DNA from: a virus
Taxonomy: Duplodnaviria > Caudoviricetes
Reading direction: 5' to 3' (one strand)
DNA: 57,973 nt
Virus record (IMG/VR): IMGVR_UViG_3300008266_000068
Coordinates: 1 to 57,973 of that record
Within the stretch, counting starts at the first letter, position 1; each line of letters starts with the position of its first letter. Under the pieces are notes generated by a model. That model ran no database searches. It saw only the letters and a program-made list of their open reading frames with translations, and had not been told where the DNA came from. A program made the position numbers and the translations under genes. Positions 57,380 to 57,973 of the stretch are shown here, in pieces.

Positions 57380-57928
57380 TTATTTATCAATTAAATTAAT
57401 TGTTGTTTGTCCAACACCTTTTTCAGTTTTATACATAAACCCTTCTCCGTCTTCATCTATATTTAATACTTTAAATTGTTCACCGTTTATAAAAAACATA
57501 TCACCAATTTCAACTTTTTCACCTCTGTATTTTGTTTTTAATTCAGTTTCACTTGGTACATAATTATGATCTTTTTTTAACTCCTGTAAATCATTATCAA
57601 TATTTAATTGAATATAATGTCGATCGTTTTTAGAAGCATGATGTAAATCATAACGTAATTTTTTTATATGTGATATCAACCAGTTTTTAGATGTTTCTTC
57701 ATTTCTTTCCTTTCTACTACTAATTTCTTCGTGATCTTTTTTAACCTTTGGTATTTTTTCTTTTTTTTCTTTTACAACTTTTTCTTTCGGTTCAGCAACA
57801 ACTTTGTTTTTATTTAATTCTTTGTCTACTAAATTTTCGTTACCTATTACAGGTACCCATCCATTTTCTGTTTTTACATTTTTGCCAGATTTATCTAGCA
57901 TACCGATTGGAAAAGATTTTTTAGACAT
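57380..57928 (-). CDS. Putative internal head protein with N-terminal tag shared with the polyvalent protein
   Basis: N-terminal KKSFPIGMLDKSGKNVKTENGWVPVIGNE; Lys/Glu-rich linker; C-terminal SH3/KOW-like beta region. Confidence 0.65.
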   Translation of the reverse strand: MSKKSFPIGMLDKSGKNVKTENGWVPVIGNENLVDKELNKNKVVAEPKEKVVKEKKEKIPKVKKDHEEISSRKERNEETSKNWLISHIKKLRYDLHHASKNDRHYIQLNIDNDLQELKKDHNYVPSETELKTKYRGEKVEIGDMFFINGEQFKVLNIDEDGEGFMYKTEKGVGQTTINLIDK

Positions 57929-57973
57929 TGTTGAATTTTTTTGGGTTATTTAATTTAATAAGATAAAAATAAT

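Noticed and set aside
331-57563. Plus-strand ORFs in the supplied track
   Set aside because: All are antisense shadows of longer minus-strand genes with no recognisable motifs.
1-57973. Stop-codon reassignment as in some large Bacteroidota phages
   Set aside because: Long genes are intact in code 11, and TAA, TAG and TGA all end tightly packed genes.

Overview
An AT-rich segment of a large contractile-tailed (myovirus-type) dsDNA bacteriophage. Essentially all real genes lie on the minus strand and use standard code 11. In transcription order (right to left) the window holds: a small-gene island with a tRNA-like RNA; MuF head protein; AAA ATPase; a 2061-aa polyvalent protein (zincin peptidase + Nudix + SF1 helicase); fibre/adhesin genes; holin-like membrane genes; prohead protease-scaffold; major capsid; head-tail/neck genes interrupted by a 5.4-kb fibre-like module; tail sheath, tube, chaperones and tape measure; baseplate; then DnaB helicase, primase, DnaE-type polymerase and two nucleotide-metabolism genes. 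Head-tail gene order resembles Herelleviridae (Twort/A511-like). Lack of Shine-Dalgarno sites and a TTTG-N17-TAnnTTTG promoter suggest a Bacteroidota host (inference). The best candidate for a new system is a set of putative capsid-packaged cargo proteins. They carry hydrophobic-x-Lys|Ser/Ala/Gly sites like the capsid maturation site at their domain boundaries, followed by short basic tags; one 29-aa tag is shared (21/29 identical) by two otherwise unrelated genes. Other highlights are a ~37x14-aa repeat protein in a neck-inserted fibre module and a tRNA-like RNA without a canonical anticodon arm. All family assignments come from motif recognition by eye; no database searches were run.
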